Assembly: GCF_964355755.1 (NCBI RefSeq)
Contig: NC_092671.1
Span: 9,920,001 to 9,984,000 of the forward strand
DNA from: Antedon mediterranea
Taxonomy: Eukaryota > Animalia > Echinodermata
Direction: 5' to 3'
Length of the DNA: 64,000 nucleotides
Part shown: positions 50,601-62,888 of the stretch, piece by piece
Numbering within the stretch: position 1 is the stretch's first letter
How the letters are laid out: each line of letters starts with the position of its first letter
The notes under the pieces: model-generated
Told to the model about the DNA's origin: nothing
Seen by the model: only the letters and a program-made list of their open reading frames with translations
Database searches by the model: none
Program-made: the position numbers and the translations under genes

Positions 50601-53600
50601 TACATATCAAGTCTTTTTGTTGATGAACTTTTTATCACGACATCTTTAATTGGTTCGTGTAAAACCTTTAGATTTGAAGATATTGGTGAAACCAAATGCA
50701 AATCTTGACCTGTTGATGACTCAGCATCTTTAACATGAGGAATTAGTTTCTTTTCAGAACTTTCACCAACATTTTTTTGAATAAGAGACCTTTCATCATC
50801 AAGGTTATAAAGTTTATGTGTCACTTTTTTCTGGTGTTTTTCAAGTTTAAAGTTAGAAATATGTTTATCCTGTCTACCAGAGACAGAAACTTCAGGTTTA
50901 TATATTTCCTTTTCCTTGTACAGTTCAGCGACACTAGACTGAATAGCATTTGACTTTGTCGTCAGAAACTGTCTTGACTCAAGTTCAGTGTCAACCTTAT
51001 TATATGCAGTGGTAATCGGTTTAATTCCAATTTCAATGGAATTAATTTCATTCAGTTTTATTTCAGCAACTCTATTTCCAGTATGATCTAGATTAATTCT
51101 AGTTTTAACTGGTTCAATTGTAGATTTAACTAGTTCACTTCTAGTTTCAACTGGTTCTATTTTAGTTTCAACTGTTTCAATGGTAGATTTAACTGGTTCA
51201 GTTCTAGATTTAACTGGTTCTATTTTAGTTTTAATTGGTTCAAATTTAGTTGTAACTGGTTCAATTGTAGATTGAACTGGTTCAGTTATAGTTTTAACTG
51301 GTTCAATTGTAGATTGAACTGGTTCATTTACAGTTTTAACTGGTTCAATTTTATTGTTTAAGATGTGTTCTTCCTTAACGAGTTCCATTTCATTTTTTAG
51401 ATTCTTAGAAGCAACAAAATCAAACGCAATCTCTTTTCTAGATTTCTTTGCCAGTGTACTAATACTAGTATCTGAAGGTTTAGTATCAACTGTTAATTCC
51501 TTTGTGTGAACAGCTTCTTTTTCCACAATATGTTTCAGTAATTTATTATTACTTTCAGGACTTGTTTTAATAGATGGCTTAGTGTCCTCTTTAATCTGAA
51601 TTTCTTTGGAGTCAACATTTGGTTCAGAAATGCTCAGAGTCTGTACAACTGGCTTTGTATCAATCAAAGTCTTACTCTCCAATTTAGGTTCAGGAATTAT
51701 TTTTGTTTCTTTGATTTCCTTTTTGATTGCATCTAATGAACTTGCTTTGTACTTGGCCTTTAACTTCATTGATGGTATTTTGCCAGTAAAATGTTTTGGT
51801 GGTCTATAACTGCTTTCTACAACATGTTCACGGTCCTCATTCCCAGGAAATGAGGATTTCATTTGAAACGGCCCTTTCATGGAAAATCGCTCCGTTGTAT
51901 TTTGCACTTTGATAACAAATGGTTTAAACTCAAGTCCTTTCTTTTTCTTTTTCAGTTTCGTAGGGCTTTTTAATTCAATTTGTTTTTGTGGATCACCTCC
52001 AATATTTGTTGTTAAATTTGTTTCCTCGCGTGTTGGCTCCTCCTCCTTCTTCACATCATCTATTAATTTAGTTTCAGAAATATTATATTCCGTTTTGCTT
52101 GTACCCATTACTTCAAAGTTAATATCAGACTCATTTTTTAGTGAGTTGTCTGCTTTCAATTTCTTAGAAAGCATTTCCTGCTCAAGCTCAAGAAACATTT
52201 TTTCTTCCAATGATGTGGAAACATTTTCAGAATTCAGTTTATTTGCCGCTAGCTTTTGTTTGGCCTCAATTCTTTGAAGGAATTGAGGTTTGATGTCCCA
52301 TTTTGATGCTTTGGGTGATTTTTTCTTAACTTTATCAGTTCTTACAACATTACTGTCCTTCCAAACAGCTCCGGTCTTGGCTTGTTCTTGCTCCTTTTTG
52401 TGCGACACACAAACAGTGGCCTGAAAATCAGGTGCAGTATTTGAATCAGGTACAGGAACATTTGTTAAAGGCAGTAGATCAGGCTCTTTTGGTAATGGTA
52501 TATTGACAATAGATTTTAAATCAAATGATTGATTCACAGATGATTGGTCTTTATAACTTGTATTTTCTGTCACAGAACTACTTATGTCCTCTTCCTTACA
52601 AGGTGGTGGAGGTGGGGGCGGTGGTGGAGCAAGAAGTGAACAAATTGATTTTTCCCATTCCTCATCAGTTTGTTGTGGTGGCGGGGGAGGTGGTGGTGGA
52701 GGAGGAGGAAGGGGAGAGGATAGGAACGCAAGATTAGTTGAGTCAAATGAAGAATCCGCAATTGGAGGTGAAGAACAGAGTGCACTTAATCTTGGAGATT
52801 GTTTTGATTTATCCTCTGGTGGTGGCGGTGGTGGAGGCAAAAAATCTTCTGAAATTGTCTGAGGTAGATTTTTATATGGATCAAAACGTTTTGGTAGTGG
52901 AGGTGGCGGTGGTGGAGGTTCCTCTATTACACTGTGTTTACCATTTTTGTTAGGTGGTGGTGGTGGTGGGGGGAGATTGTTTTCTTTTAATTTTGGAGGA
53001 GGCAATCCACTGAAAAGGTCTATTTCTTGGGGCGGTGGTGGTGGAGGAGGAGGTGGAAGTCCAATTTCATCAATTCTTATTGATTGCTCCAACCCATGCT
53101 TTGGAGGAGGTGGTGGTGGTGGAGGTGATGAACTAGAGCTACCAACAGTATCATCCGACACCACAATGTCTTTAAACCTCTTTTTCTTTCCATGTTTCTT
53201 TCTTTTCTTCTTTTCCAAACAAATCTCCTCATCAGATGTTTTAATCTAAAAATAAATTTCTCTATATTAATAAATAAAAGCACACTTTATGGATGAGGAT
53301 ATTGGCATGGTCAAACTGTAATTTAGTCTTTGATAGACATGGTTGACCATGATGATTGTTAATATTATACTAAAAATCATTATTTCTTGCTTTCTTTCTT
53401 TCTATTAAATTACACAGGCTCACTTGAGACACACCCGGAGACACACCTTGAGACACACCCGGTCCATGATAGGAATAAATGGCAGAAAATAGAAGAATGT
53501 GTTAAGTGTATTGATGAAATGTTTACAGGTTATTTTTGGGTAGTAGTAATAGCAGTAGAGAGGTTACTAACTGTAATACTTACAATTCCTATATCTTCAC

Positions 53601-56600
53601 TGAATCCATTAAAGAAAATCATGAAAGATAAAAAAAGAAAACATTATATATGTTAATAATAGTAATAATAGCATTAATACTAATAACTAACATATTCAAT
53701 GAATACAGTATGTTAGTTACAATTTGACCAAAGCCCAGTAAATTGTCGCAAACCATACCTACACTAGGTTCTACTGTATAACAAAACAAGTACTTCTATA
53801 TTATACCGTAAAGAAAAATATGAATTCTTTAATTTAATTTTTTTTTACTTTTCTCCATGCTTATACAATAATATGAAAGGAAACAAAACATTGCAACCAT
53901 GTTTTAACTATATTTTATAATATTTGTTGATTTTGTTTATACTTCGAGGTGCAAACAATTCTACTTTGTATGTTAGTACTTCTACAGATTAAGGCCTAGC
54001 ATTTCTGGTTGGTAAACAGTCAGGGAAGAACAAAAGCTAAGCAGTATGATAACACATTGTTCATCCATGTTGAATTCCAGGCTTAATCACTGTGCTAACA
54101 TGGGGTGTATGTTGTCACAGGCTGATTTAATGCAATTGTACACAATCAACAGATTTTTAGTGTATATTCTTACACTATATAAGGTTTATAAAAATTAATT
54201 TACAGTTTATAGTTGAATACTACCAACACAGTACCAAATACTATACTTTACTAAGTGAAGATTTAACATAATGTAGTCAACTTATGACATAAACACCACA
54301 TTTTAAAAAAGATATCTGAATGTATTATTGGATAAATAATAAAAATATTAAGTGTAATATGAGTAATACAACAAAATAAATATCACAACACCATAACAAA
54401 TATATATATTCTCCCCTTCTTTTAAAAATGGAATGGTCTTAAGGCAAAGCTGCAAAATGCATCATCGGTAAGGAAGAGCTGTAATGGCTGAGAGCTGTGA
54501 CAAATTATCACACAGAGAATTTGCTGTTACTAGGCTTAGGAGTCTTGTAGAACAAGTCTGTAGGCCTATTACCATAGACTTATTTAAAATACGCTTTATA
54601 CAGTATAATGGCTGTCATAAACAGTTTAAAATGCCAAACAAAGCTCCAAATTCACATCCTAATTTGTTATGAATTTGTTCACTGAATAAACAGTGTTCTC
54701 AACAATAATGTATTGATTTGTGTGAATGCATCTGTGCAATTGAAATGATTGAAATATATTTAATTTTAACCGTGAAGCCTAATAATATGTTTTAAAGGAC
54801 CATCTTCATGAATTCAGTTACAAATTATATGTTTTACTCATCTTTTGGATAATAAATATATTTAATATACTACTTTTACTATTAATATCCTTCCTTGTGT
54901 TTAGTAATAAAACCAAAACCTATAAATAAATTAATTGGCAAAATACATGAATTATTTCTATAAGGTCTCTCATTACAATACAGTACAAGGTTCTAAATTT
55001 TCCATAAAATTTAGACAAAGAGTTTAAATATACTAGATACCCAAATTCTACAAAAAAAATGTGCATAATATTTTTGGAGACTCATTTCAACGAATAAAGT
55101 ATAAGTAGCATATGTTTTGACTTCAACAACACTCTTTTGGAATGTTTCAACATTTGATAATGAATTATTTAGTTTGTAGTCTGTCTTTGCAGCTAAGAAC
55201 AAATTAGAAATTAACTTGAGAATCCAATATTGTAGCTCATTATAATCTTAAGGTAGCATTCGTCTTTATTAAGGCTAAAAATGACTTGATCATTACCAGT
55301 TGTGTTTGAGTGAGCTATGGGCAATCTTGTGTAATATTTCCTTACAACCTCAGAAGCTATTCTTATTATAAAACAAAGCTCTCATCTTATGCTGTTAAAG
55401 ATTGAAAATTCCCCAAATCAAATGATATTACTGTATGTTGTATATCAGACTGAACATAATATTTACTGATGCTAACTTCAATCAATCTCTATTCTTTACT
55501 ATATTTAACATTAATAGTACATTGATAGTATCAACAATGTTAGGTGTTCACTTTCCATAATCTCATTAATAAATTCACTACATTAAAATGTTGCAATCAC
55601 AAATGACTTCCTTTGTTTAAGCCTGCTACTAGCTTCAGTTTTTCCCTTTTCTGCATACGATCAATGGAGGGTGGAACAACTGAACTATTCAACCATGGCC
55701 TCTACATCCTCTTAGCCAATCAGACGATAGTAAACATAACAAAGGTCAACTTCTATGATCACTAGTGCTTCAAAACATAACCTGTAAAAATTACGTCAAG
55801 GACACTTATAACATACCAAACGGTGTATTATTCATTGAGGTATTAAAGACGGACTAGAGAGCTAACTAGTCAAAATCAAAGGTTTGGGATGTTCAAAATG
55901 AATGTATCTATTCATAAGTATTGCTAAATGCTATATAATTGTCAATCAATGGAAATACAATGAATAATTTATTGGAAAAGTTTTGGATATGTTTGCATAC
56001 AAAGACCGTATGATAGAATTAGAAGACATTCTCGCATTGATATACTCAACATACTGCAACACAGGCGTAGTCGTGAGTGAATGCGTGCAACTGATCGGTC
56101 GATTGATGCCACCTTATTCCTTGGTTCCTTCCTCATGGAGAAACACTATTTCTTCTGCGATTACATACAACCTAAATGTATAATCTAAGATATTATTAAA
56201 TTATAGATTATCAAATTCAAAGAAAATTCCACCATATATATAGTATAAAACTGACATTCCTGATGAAGATCGAATAAAGATTGAAACGTTGAATCATGGC
56301 TTGCCTCTCATTATTTGGAGTCCGTTTTATACTGTTATTTTTACATAATCAGTGCATCTATAGTATTAGTTCTACCATATAAACAGGATATTTCTAAATG
56401 ATCAAGCAGATAAAAACGAGTATCTCTGTCATGAGATATTCTCCAAAATTATTGAATCATGTACTTGAGTTGTTTATACAGTACAGTTAGATCTGACTGC
56501 ACAAACTCAACACCTTTGTTGAACTGGTTCAAAATTGTATGGCTTTCTGTTATGTTCAGTAATCACAATGCATTTCACGGAGTGTGAAAGAATTTGGGAA

Positions 56601-59600
56601 TACCATAAATAAAACAACTATACTATAACTAGTACATACCTATACATATCAATAACACCATCTGTAGCCTACAACTGTACTAACCAAAAGACAAACCTAC
56701 CTGTACTGTATCATAACATTACAAGGGTTTGCATCTAAATAGTATACCTGTGATAGAAATGGCATTTACAGCATCTCTAAATCTTAATGGTATCATTGTC
56801 CTTCACAGTTTTACATTTTTTCTTAAATCTCTCTGATTAATGATGTTTTTTAAATAACAACGACTGAGCAAAAACATTGTGTTACCAGACCATCTATGCA
56901 CTTGTTGTCTAAGTTCATACAGAAAAATAGCTATTCAGAAATACTGTTTGTTACGATATTCAGAGATTGCAGTCATTGGCATAATATAAAACAATTGAGG
57001 GACACATAGACATACTGTCGGTTACTGTTTCTTGATGGGTAACATGCTTTCTGTGTTCATTTCCTTAATCTTCCACATTGTGTAAAAACACCATTGGTGC
57101 AATTCTCTATTTTGGTAGTTGTTAAGTATCTGTTGGAATTATAGTATGTTTAGCAACTGAATGTTGGATATAAGTAAAGGTCTATCTACATTATCAAACT
57201 TTATGTGACAAAAAGATGTGATGTGTCCATACATGGACATGATTATGTCATATCACTACCATATTTGGGCATATCACCACCATATTTGGGCACATCACAC
57301 TTGTTTTGTCAAACGTGTTTGATAGTGTAGACAGAGCTTTAGTTTGATGAATTTAAAGTTAATCATAGTTTTTCTAAAAACCTATTTACATAATAAAGGA
57401 TAAATTAGTTATTCCTTACAGTCTTTTTGTTTGAAAAAAACAAACCCCCTAAATTTACTGTAGAATAATTAGGTACTTATTTTTTATATATAAAACATTG
57501 GGTGATGATGTTTTATAATGCATACAGTATTTTATGATCTGAATACAGATCCTTTGTTTAGAGAGTGAAGACTTAGATTTCAAAAATAATTTGCCAGCAT
57601 AATTGAATAAACTATTCCATTATGAAGTTCACTATGAAACAACCATGCAGTTATTCCTTTAAATTTCATTTTGAAAACTCACTGCATTGTGGAATAAACA
57701 AACTGGAAAGAACTGGAGTGGAGTTGTGGCTTGGTGGTTATGATGCTTGTCTACCACTCCAAGGGTCCTGGGTTTAAGTCCCGTCACATGTCAGGATTTT
57801 TTCTAAGGACCAAATTACCCCACTCCCAAAGACTTGTAATAAGACTTTGTTTATGTAGAGCATCTTGTGTATATGTTTGTCTTGTGAACCTCTGAGGGTC
57901 CCTAATGATCAGCAACAGCTGGATGGATCACCCTCATTAAATATGGTAAAAAAAATAAATAAATAAATAAAACCATAACAAAATTACTAAAGGAAACTGA
58001 AAATATGTTGTTATCCAGAGGTTAAACAACATTTGGATATACTGTACATTCTACAGATTAAAACGCCTTTGAGTGGATCCTATGAACTTTAAACTTAAGA
58101 ACCGGTTTGTACCGGATTAGTTAGCAATAGACTGAACAACCACAAACACTGCAAAATAGAGTCAAAAAGGGAATTTTATTTTTTTTTTTAAAACCTTCTA
58201 TATCCATCTTAGTTTATCAATTTATACATCAATATTTTTTCTGAACATATGTTCAAGTGATACCTGGTTGCTATTCAGTTTTTAGGAACAGAACCTATCA
58301 GACCTATCATTTAATTACATATACTCACGTACATGTAATTCTAAGCAAGCCCAGCCAATGAAAGCACAACAAACCAAACACACTGTTTATGAAATACAAT
58401 ACTGAATTATAATTGATTATGAGTAGTTACGAGTATATCACTAAGAAAATAAGCTGAAATTCTATAAAAAAAATAAATATTTGTAGACTACTGTGTATCA
58501 CAATTTCTGCATGGTTTTTGCATTGTGCTTGTTTATCTAATTAAAACTTGTATATTTAGGCCTATATTGAGTTTGTACTGTATAAAATAACTCTGTACTC
58601 AGTATACAAATATCGCTTACTGTAAATGATATTTCAACACTTATATTTATGAAATTTCTCCTACCACGAAGATTAGGGGACAGTTTCTGTATCCAGATCC
58701 CAAATCAAATGCTCTATGATAATTTTGAATTATATTCTGTATTGTTTGTATGTCTTGTTTTACAAAATGTTGGCATTAAGCTCTGTCCACACTATCAATC
58801 TAGTGTGATGTGCCCTAATATGGTAGTGATATGCTTAAATATGGTAGTAATATGACATCATCATGTCCATATATGGGCACATCACATATTTTGGTCACAT
58901 AAAGTTTAATAGTGTAGACAGAGCTTAATAGCAGTTTATCTGTTTAGACCTATACCTATTGCTTGATCAAGATTGCACATTAATTTTGCCAAATAATGTT
59001 GTTCCACGGTTTTCAGTTGAGAATTTGTATCGGTTTTTAAAAATTAATTACAGTTGTTTGGTGATTTAGTCTTCTACTTCTAAATAGATATGATGTTACA
59101 ATACAAACATGTTTATTGTTATAAACATGTTGAAATATGTATTTGCAACACACATTGGTTTTAGGATTGCATCACTGTATTAAATGTGTTAGTCCTAAGA
59201 ACTAAATTCACCACACAAAAATGGATAGTAATATTGCACCTTTACCAATATAAAATTACAAATTTGGAGAAATTTAATGCCAGTCTGCATGAATAATAAA
59301 CAGGACCTACATCATAAATCTCACTCTATTCTACTATTCACAAAAACCATAGTTTAGCATAAAGACCAAATAAACTATGTACAGATTATACTTTGCCAAT
59401 AGCCAAGACTCAAATAGGTGCCAAGATGACAGAATTCAGCTGTATGTTACCATTATTATATTAGGATATATCCTATGTTGATGCACAGTACTATCTATCT
59501 GTTATGTCTGCCATATAACAGTATAGAAGTTGCGCTTAAATTTATTTCAAAGACTTAAACCCAGATTTTTGTCAACATACCCTTAATTTTATATTAGCCT

Positions 59601-61034
59601 ACTTTAAAAAGCTTTGGTAAAACAGTATATGCAGATATATTGTCAACTGCTGGCTGCCTCTAAAATTGTTTATACCACTATATTTAATTCAGGGTTTTTT
59701 CATTCACTCTATTGGCCTAAACAGTTTAGTTTAACTAATGTACAATATGTAGGTGGATTATTTATATAATCATTTGCATCATAAACCTAAACTACTGCAC
59801 TATTAAAGAACTCAACATTTGAAAAAAACTGGGAGAAGCGGACGCTGTCTTTTTTTCACAAACTCTTTATGTCTAGGTTAATCTCATACATTGTAAAATT
59901 CTCACATTAAAAACATTTTTTACAGGAAACACAAAATTCATATCACCCAGAATGTTGTTGGAGCAATAAAATCAGACCAATAAATAAAACACTGAACCTA
60001 ACCTTTAAATCTAGCACTCTTCTAAATAATCTCTTTTCCTCAGGCCTAACACATTTGAAAACCATGACCTTACAAAGTTCCCTTCCAGAATATAGAAAAT
60101 CTGCCATCATTATTTGTATACTAGTTAAGCCTCCTAAACCTGGATTTGAAGCTCAAAAAATAAATTTGAAATTGTCTTCTAACCATCTTCTATTCTCAAA
60201 ATCTCAAATAAGTAAGGCTTTTAGATACGATGAACATGTAACCAAAATCTCATCTCAAATTTTTAAATATTACAAATTGTGTTGTTTCAAAGAAACCATG
60301 CCTCCTAAACCTGGATTTGCAGATCAAAAAATAAATTTGAAATTGTCTTCTAGCAATCTTCTCATATCACAAACCTCAAATAAGTAAGACTTTTAGATAC
60401 GATGAACATGTAACCAAAATCTCATCTCAAATTTCAAAATATTAAAAATTGTGTTGTTCATTACAGCAACAAGGTACGTTTGGAGCAGGACAATTTCTTT
60501 GGATAGAAAATGCACCTACATTGATGTATTAATGTTTTTGAGTACAGCCAAATCAATCAATCGATGCTTTGAATTTCAGTACCACAATATCCATGTATGA
60601 TCACTTTTACAATTGCTAAAATATACAAATTGTTAATAAACAACAATTTATATCCTATTGACTGACACAGCAGTTGTACTTAAATTAAAATGGTCTTCAA
60701 TCTTCCTTCTTTCCATCCAGCAACAGACTTACCTTTGATTGAATGAAGGTGATACTACATACTGTAAAAATTGTTTAATGAAAATTCTATGGGAAAAATT
60801 AACATTAACAAGAAGAGTCAAAACTGTTTTCAATAATGTGCCACGGTTCTAAGCTAACTTGACAGATGCAAAGAAAGGAGGTTTAGACAGGGCAAAATAC
60901 CTGAAATGCAAGCGCTCCCATCTTTTTTTACCATAGAATTTCCAGCGTTTTTGTTGTTAATTCTAGCCTTAACCTTATTACAGTATATTGATTACTTACT
61001 CTGTGGGAAATGCTGGATCATACTCCTCGGTCAT
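38655..61034 (-). CDS. SETD2: Histone H3K36 trimethyltransferase SETD2, about 2644 aa, 20 coding exons
   Basis: Exons 61034-61000, 53599-53584, 53245-48543, 47926-47798, 47541-47490, 47044-46968, 46686-46563, 46209-46132, 45994-45897, 45755-45608, 45438-45298, 45201-45091, 44786-44193, 43643-42903, 42630-42472, 40828-40730, 40244-40048, 39676-39496, 39159-39058, 38804-38655 join in frame (7935 nt). AWS ([21 protein letters not shown]), SET ([39 protein letters not shown]), post-SET ([15 protein letters not shown]), WW (LPPNWK...[15 protein letters not shown]) and SRI ([20 protein letters not shown]). Confidence 0.96.
39790..39955 (+). mobile_element. Penelope-like repeat relic with a dead minimal hammerhead motif
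   Basis: TGATGA-A-GGGC-loop-GCCC-aAAAGCTC (G12 lost, 5' end replaced by (TA)n) followed by a T-rich stretch. Confidence 0.45.
43700..43928 (-). mobile_element. tRNA-derived SINE, family S
   Basis: Minus strand GTGGCTTGGTTATAA (A box) ... GGGTCCTGGGTTTAAGTCC (B box); body matches 57721-57890; a 3' part recurs at 48355-48490. Confidence 0.75.
47238..47305 (-). mobile_element. tRNA-derived SINE head or tRNA pseudogene
   Basis: Minus strand GCCAGGCTAGTGATCTGGAGGTCGTGGGTTCGAGTCCCAC: intact T arm and B box, anticodon-like arm, but no valid acceptor stem or D arm. Confidence 0.55.
48355..48490 (-). mobile_element. 5'-truncated copy of SINE family S
   Basis: Shares GACAAACATATACACAA and AAATTGCCAA(A/G)GATAACCATAA with 43700-43830; ends in (AAAT)n. 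Confidence 0.65.
51090..51352 (-). repeat. Coding 21-bp tandem repeat (heptad IEPVK[TS]x) in the SETD2 giant exon
   Basis: About 12 units of GAACCAGTT(A/C/G)AA...; protein [49 protein letters not shown]... Confidence 0.9.
56256..56294 (+). ncRNA. Minimal type I hammerhead ribozyme motif (Penelope-like)
   Basis: AUUC-CUGAUGA-A-GAUC-loop-GAUU-GAAACGUU-GAAU: intact core, 4-bp stems I and II, palindromic AACGUU in place of stem III. Confidence 0.6.
57178..57338. mobile_element. Harbinger-like MITE, family B
   Basis: TIR AG(C/G)TCT(G/A)TCTACA(C/T)TATCAAAC ... GTTTGATAGTGTAGACAGAGCT, flanked by TAA/TTA; internal CACTACCATATTTGGGCA repeats. Confidence 0.85.
57721..57970 (+). mobile_element. tRNA-derived SINE family S with a LINE-type tail
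   Basis: GTGGCTTGGTGGTTA (A box), GGTTTAAGTCCC (B box), body shared with 43700-43928, tail GATCAGCAACAGCTGGATGGATCACCCTC...(AAAT)n. Confidence 0.8.
58779..58925. mobile_element. Harbinger-like MITE, family B (inverted copy)
   Basis: AGCTCTGTCCACACTATCAA ... TAGTGTAGACAGAGCT; body is the reverse complement of the 57178 copy. Confidence 0.85.
60129..60458. repeat. Direct tandem duplication of about 171 bp
   Basis: GCCTCCTAAACCTGGATTTG...AATTGTGTTGTT occurs from 60129 and again from 60300. Confidence 0.9.
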
Positions 61035-61640
61035 TTTGGTATTTCGTTGATATTTCTGATCTCGTTTGAAGATGTACCCCTACTGCTACTGTACTGACAA
61101 TGCGTCGTAGTAGGCTGTGATTCCAGACCTAGGCGTAAGCCTGGAAACACAACCTGCTCATCGGATGTGTGTAATTGTTGAACAGTACGCTTATCAACAG
61201 CAGCCTACGGGGAGTAGCAATCTAGGCTAGGCCCTAGCCTGACGTCGCAGCCCGCCGTCAACCAAAAGCCTGACAAATGAACTTGAAATTTAAAAGGACA
61301 CAGCCTAACAAAAACAAAAATTTAAACGTGAAGCTACTACTATTAAATGATAATAATACTTGCTATATAGATCTTGAGATACCTAGGCAAAGCAAAATTG
61401 AGCTGAATTTTATAGTAAGATCATTAATTTCATATTATCTTGTAAATTACCTTTCTCGTCGAATAGCTCAAAACAGCCACGCTAACTTGAACTTCTTTGC
61501 GCTGCTGCTGTTCGGCGGCTCATTCATCATCACAAACCCCATCGGTAAAAAAGTATGACCTCCTCAGCCTCGCTTTCAAAACCCCGGGAGCTTGGTTTGT
61601 GTACCACGTGGTGCAACAATAGAGGGTGCTATTGATGTTT
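61000..61640 (-). promoter_or_regulatory. SETD2 promoter and 5' region
   Basis: Local CpG enrichment around the start codon; CRE-like TGACGTC near 61240, E-box CCACGTGG near 61604, candidate alternative first exon ending at a donor at 61451. Confidence 0.5.
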
Positions 61641-62314
61641 TTCTTCATATCACATGAGTTTTTTCTGAGTTTATGATTGACAGCCAGTGACAAAAAAACA
61701 ACCTTACTTTTAAATTATCTACGGTAATTGATTTCTTTTGGTTTAATTAAACATTTTGTTTCATTATCGTCCTACCGCGTCATAACATTTCTACATTACA
61801 TCATCCACGTCACCTCATTACCGTCATCCTTTTTATTGTCTGCTGTCAAACAAAATAAATTGACAATTCACATGATTTATATAAAATATTTGGTGTTATT
61901 AATGCCAAACGTGGTGTGTACAGTTGTACAAAATTCTCGTTTAAAAACATAATACAGTAGCTTAATTAAATCATAGAGCAAAGCAAAGTTCGCTCTATGA
62001 CTACTAAAACATGCATATATTATTTTCACAATTATGCTTCTTCTTTTAAATTATCAAAATTTACATATTGTATAAATATCGTCTCTCTATTTACAAATGC
62101 ACAAAATATTATTTCTAAAAAACATTTTTAAAATATAAAAACTACTTTTGTTAGTTGAATGTGTTATATACATATAAAATTCAACAAAAGGTAGGTATAT
62201 ATGTTACCTACGTCATTATGTGTCACATGATCTGAATGAACTCGTGGAATGCATGTCATAAATACAGACAACTGGATATGTTGCTAGGAAATTATTTAAT
62301 TTAAATCATTGTAA

Positions 62315-62449
62315 AGCTCTGTCTACACTATCAAACTTTATGTGACAAAAAATGTGGTATGCCCAAGGACATAGCGACATAATATTACTACCATATTTGG
62401 ACACATCTCACTTTTTTTGTCAAACTATTTTAATAGTGTAGACAGAGCT
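62315..62449. mobile_element. Harbinger-like MITE, family B
   Basis: AGCTCTGTCTACACTATCAAACT ... TAGTGTAGACAGAGCT with TAA/TTA flanks. Confidence 0.85.
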
Positions 62450-62655
62450 TTAGAAACAGTTTTTGTGTGCCACAGCACAGCATGATTGAAAACGTAGACT
62501 TCGCCACAAGTCTAGTTGTTTTTATATAGCGCCATCAGCAGGCATTATGACACACTACATATACTAAAATGGCTCATTTTACAAAAAATTAACCGCTGTC
62601 TCTAATCTATAGACTATTATCTAAGTTTCAGTATTATTAAATTTAGACCTATTAT

Positions 62656-62841
62656 CAGTGGTGTAACGCAGAGGCATCAGAATTCTAATTTAAACACCCT
62701 AAGTAGCCCTCCAACGCTGGAGGCCATGGGTGCGTTTTTAGCCCTTTTTTTTAAATGCCTGTTTTTCCTCTGGGCACTGCTCAGGGACCCCTATAAATCC
62801 TAGGGCATTTGGGTTTAGCGCTCAAACCTGTTACACCACTG
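62656..62841. mobile_element. hAT-family MITE
   Basis: TIR CAGTGGTGTAAC ... GTTACACCACTG with a perfect 8-bp target-site duplication CCTATTAT (62648-62655 and 62842-62849). Confidence 0.92.
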
Positions 62842-62888
62842 CCTATTATCCAAATACAATATATATAATTTATATATATATATTTCTT

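Noticed and set aside
42912-53249. Many plus-strand ORFs including poly-Gly frames
   Set aside because: Antisense shadows of SETD2 coding exons.
53420-53465. Short 12-bp repeat GAGACACACC
   Set aside because: About four units only, an ordinary local duplication.
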